The notes under the pieces were generated by a model. That model was not told the origin of the DNA. It made no database searches and was given only the letters and a program-made list of their open reading frames with translations. Shown here piece after piece: positions 61,175 to 64,000 of a DNA stretch of 64,000 bases (position 1 is its first letter; each line of letters begins with the position of its first letter). Position numbers and translations under genes: made by a program. The stretch is taken from contig NC_091994.1 of NCBI RefSeq assembly GCF_044704955.1, positions 21,514,001 to 21,578,000 on the forward strand, in the 5' to 3' direction. The DNA comes from Pristiophorus japonicus. Its lineage: Eukaryota.

Positions 61175-61842
61175 CTAAACATAATAAATATACATTATTC
61201 AATGCCCAATGTCTGAAGGTACTGGGGGAAATTCTCTTCAATTAACCTGCCTGAAACTGAGCGGGATCATGATGGACAATATCAGAAATTTTGGTCAACG
61301 AGGCCTACCGTTGTCTTACTGCCCAAATGGGATTTATAACCCCCCCCCCCCCCCTCCCAGGAACTGCCACATGTATATGGCAGTGATTGGGGCCGGGAGG
61401 GACTAGTGTGAAGGATTGGGACTTGGGTACCGGTAGCTTTTCCTGCTTTCTACCACACTTCCCACCAATTCCTCAGGCCGCCATGTGCCAGATGACGGTA
61501 GACCAGGGGAAGCAGCAGGAAAAACCCAAATAGAGAGAGAGAAAGTCTTGTAGCGGCCTTCTCTCTCTCCAGCCAGCCCCACAGACCTACCTGCTGAAGG
61601 CCTCATTCTTAGCCAAGACCTTGAGTGGAAATCTTTGCTGCACTTCTTCCCCTTTAAGGTTCCTCATCGGATCTTCCGGTGCTGCAGAAGGCCCCCCAGT
61701 GGCAGCACCTCCAGGATTCTGCCACCCCCTTCCCCCCACCCCACTGCTGGCCCCTCTTTTGATGGTGAGAGAATTCCCCGTGAGCCCACCATGTATTGCT
61801 AATGAGTCCCCATCAGGATAATGGGCTGAGGCTTGGGCGGGC

Positions 61843-61929
61843 ATGGAGAGGTGGGCAGAGGTACAACCCCACTGAAACTCAGTCCCAAAGAGAGTTTCAG
61901 TGGGGTTGTACCTCTGCCCACCTCTCCAT
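61843..61929. repeat. Perfect 38-bp inverted repeat with 11-nt spacer
   Basis: Arm 61843-61880 (ATGGAGAGGTGGGCAGAGGTACAACCCCACTGAAACTC) is the exact reverse complement of 61892-61929. Confidence 0.97.
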
Positions 61930-62222
61930 CCTCTGGTGGGAGAGTCTAGAACAAGTGGGCATAGTCTTAAATTTAGAGCTAGGCCATTCAGGAGTGACAT
62001 CAGGAAGCACTTTTTTCATACAAAGTGTGATGGAAATCTAGAACTCTCTTCCCCAAAAAGCTATTGAGGCTAGGTTAAGTCCATTGAAAATTTCAAAACT
62101 GAGATTCATAGGATTTTTGGCAGGTAGATGGAGTGAAGATACAGATCAGCTATGATCTTAGTAAATGGTGGAACAGGCCCAAGGGGCTGAATGGCCTACT
62201 CTTGTTCCTCTGTACCTAATTT
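61930..62222 (+). mobile_element. CR1 3' fragment
   Basis: PLVGESRTSGHSLKFRARPFRSDIRKHFF and the CR1 3' UTR. CCAAAGA is duplicated at 61885-61891/62223-62229. Confidence 0.75.
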
Positions 62223-62641
62223 CCAAAGACTTCAATTTAGTCCAACTGGACTATTTCTTCTTCAGAGGAGAATGAAATTTAATAGAGGTTTTAAAAAATA
62301 CGAAGGGTTTTGATAAGGGTAATAGGGAAATACTATTTCCTCTGGCTGGGAAATCAGTGTCGAGGGGGTCATCAATTAAAAATTGTCACTAAGATAGTGA
62401 GGTGGGAATTCAGGACAAATTTCTTCATACACCGATTTATTGGAGCATGGAATGCTTTGTTGTAAGGAGTAGCCGAGGCAGAGACCATTGCATCTTTGAA
62501 GGAAAAAAATGGACAAGCACAGGCCAATGAAGGGACAGCAGGGCAGTGGGATTAGTTTTGGATTGCTCTAGCACAAGAGCCATCACCACTAAATCACACA
62601 GGGAACTCCAATCAGTTAATCAGTTAAGTCAATCTTCTGTG

Positions 62642-62900
62642 TCATCATAGGCGGTCCCTTGAACGAGAATGACTTGCTTCCACGAGGTCACAGGTGTTTT
62701 GATGAAGGACCCGATGTTCCAGTCCTGAACTCCAATTGAGGGGGTGGAAGATGACTGTGCGTGGATTTTTTTTTAACGCGTGGTGACCGTTGCACACCAG
62801 CCACCACACGGGCTTGACAGAGCTAGGTCTTGGTCCAGTGGCAAGGATTGCCCAAGATGACTGGAGACCTGCCCTGCTGCATGGGCCTAGCGCACGCACA
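62642..62900 (-). mobile_element. RTE-derived composite retroposon, copy 5 (5'-truncated)
   Basis: Homologous to 4110-4380. TSD AATCTTC(T/A)G(T/A)G (62631-62641/62901-62911). Confidence 0.85.
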
Positions 62901-63924
62901 ATCTTCAGAGTACACTGATTATGACTAGATGAGTTTCAAAATCCAGATAAGATATAAATCGGACTATAATTTTTGACGGTATTTTAAAGATGATGGTGCC
63001 TGGATGTTAGAAAAGGCAGCAAAGTTGTGTTAGGATTGAAAATTCAGCTTCGGGTTCGGTGTTAATCTGGTGATCCGAAGGTCAGCTTTTGGATTCCTCC
63101 ATTAAATAAGACAAATTTTTTTGTGCTAAAGGCATATTTTAAATGTGACTCGGTTTACTCAAGACTCAATACTGGTTGCTCACATGTAGTCTGGGGTTTG
63201 GAGCACGGTTGTGATATTTAGCTGCTAAGATGGTCGGCTTAACCTGGCCTGTACCTTGAAGGTCTTTGCTCAGGGACTTTCTGTGGTGAAGCGCTCTGAA
63301 TAGGCAAATAGTATTATAATGCCAATTATTAGGCTAATTACCGAGAAAAGTTTCTTTAAGTTGGCTACTGCTCCAAAATCTTATGGGAAATGTCAGGTTA
63401 TATTTAGGCTGGGAAAAAACTGCAGGGAATGGCGAGCTATTTTTAATATTTGACAAAGCGAGGTGTGACATCTGACACAAGTGCACACATTAGATACAAA
63501 ACTATTTTACTTATTTATACTAACAGATAAATTATACATAGATACGCACACATACACACACACGGCAGCAATACTGCCGAAGGTGGGAAAGTAGTTGAGA
63601 TCAAAGATCAGCCATGATCTTATTGAATGGCAGAGCAGGCTTGAAGGGCCGCAAGGCCTACTCCTATTTCTTATGGTCTTAGGAAAAAAAATAAAGCAAA
63701 AAAAAAATCCCGAAAAGTAACTGCCAAATACAGCATTACTTTCCCTTGCCATCATCACCAATAGGCCAAGATTAAGAAAGAAAGACTTGGATTTATATAG
63801 CGCTTTTCACAACCACCGGACGTCTAAAAGCGCTTCGCAGCTAATGAAGTACTTTTGGAATGTAGTCACTGTTATAAGGGTGAACTTAATAACTGCCTGG
63901 AGTATTAGCCGTGCCTGGACTCAC

Positions 63925-64000
63925 CTGCTCAGATGCCGGATGATGTACTGCAGTGTGGCTTTGTTTGCGGACGGCAGATCCTTTAGCAGATCTTTCAGTC
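63925..64000 (-). CDS. ARHGAP45: ARHGAP45 RhoGAP-domain exon (cut by the window end)
   Basis: LKDLLKDLPSANKATLQYIIRHLSR with donor AG|gtgagt (phase 2, fits the next exon). Compare human LRELLRDLPPENRASLQYLLRHLRR. Confidence 0.9.

Overview
This is eukaryotic (vertebrate) genomic DNA, most likely from a shark or other cartilaginous fish; that is inferred from the repeat families (CR1 LINEs with (TTCTATGT)n-type tails, SacSINE1-like DeuSINEs, Penelope elements, Mag-type Gypsy elements). Two spliced host genes lie on the minus strand. The first is the last four coding exons of ARHGAP45/HMHA1 (64000 to 52561, C-terminus PEFV). The second is a complete four-coding-exon ODF3-family (STPGR/SHIPPO-repeat) ciliary gene, most likely CIMAP1D/ODF3L2 (36265 to 6319), with an RFX X-box about 140 bp upstream of its ATG. 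Most of the remainder is transposon-derived. The 21.6-kb first intron of CIMAP1D holds a layered nest (CR1 inside Gypsy B inside Gypsy A inside an old LINE) next to a solo LTR. The most unusual items are five copies of a composite, TSD-flanked, RTE-mobilised non-autonomous retroposon with a hairpin head and a variable GC-rich ~24-bp VNTR (SVA-like architecture); fold-back inverted duplications at the 5' junctions of three unrelated retroelement insertions; a chimeric CR1; a Gypsy RT with FQDD instead of YxDD; and Penelope-associated minimal hammerhead ribozyme relics. Family names come from recognised motifs, not database searches, and many TE boundaries are approximate.
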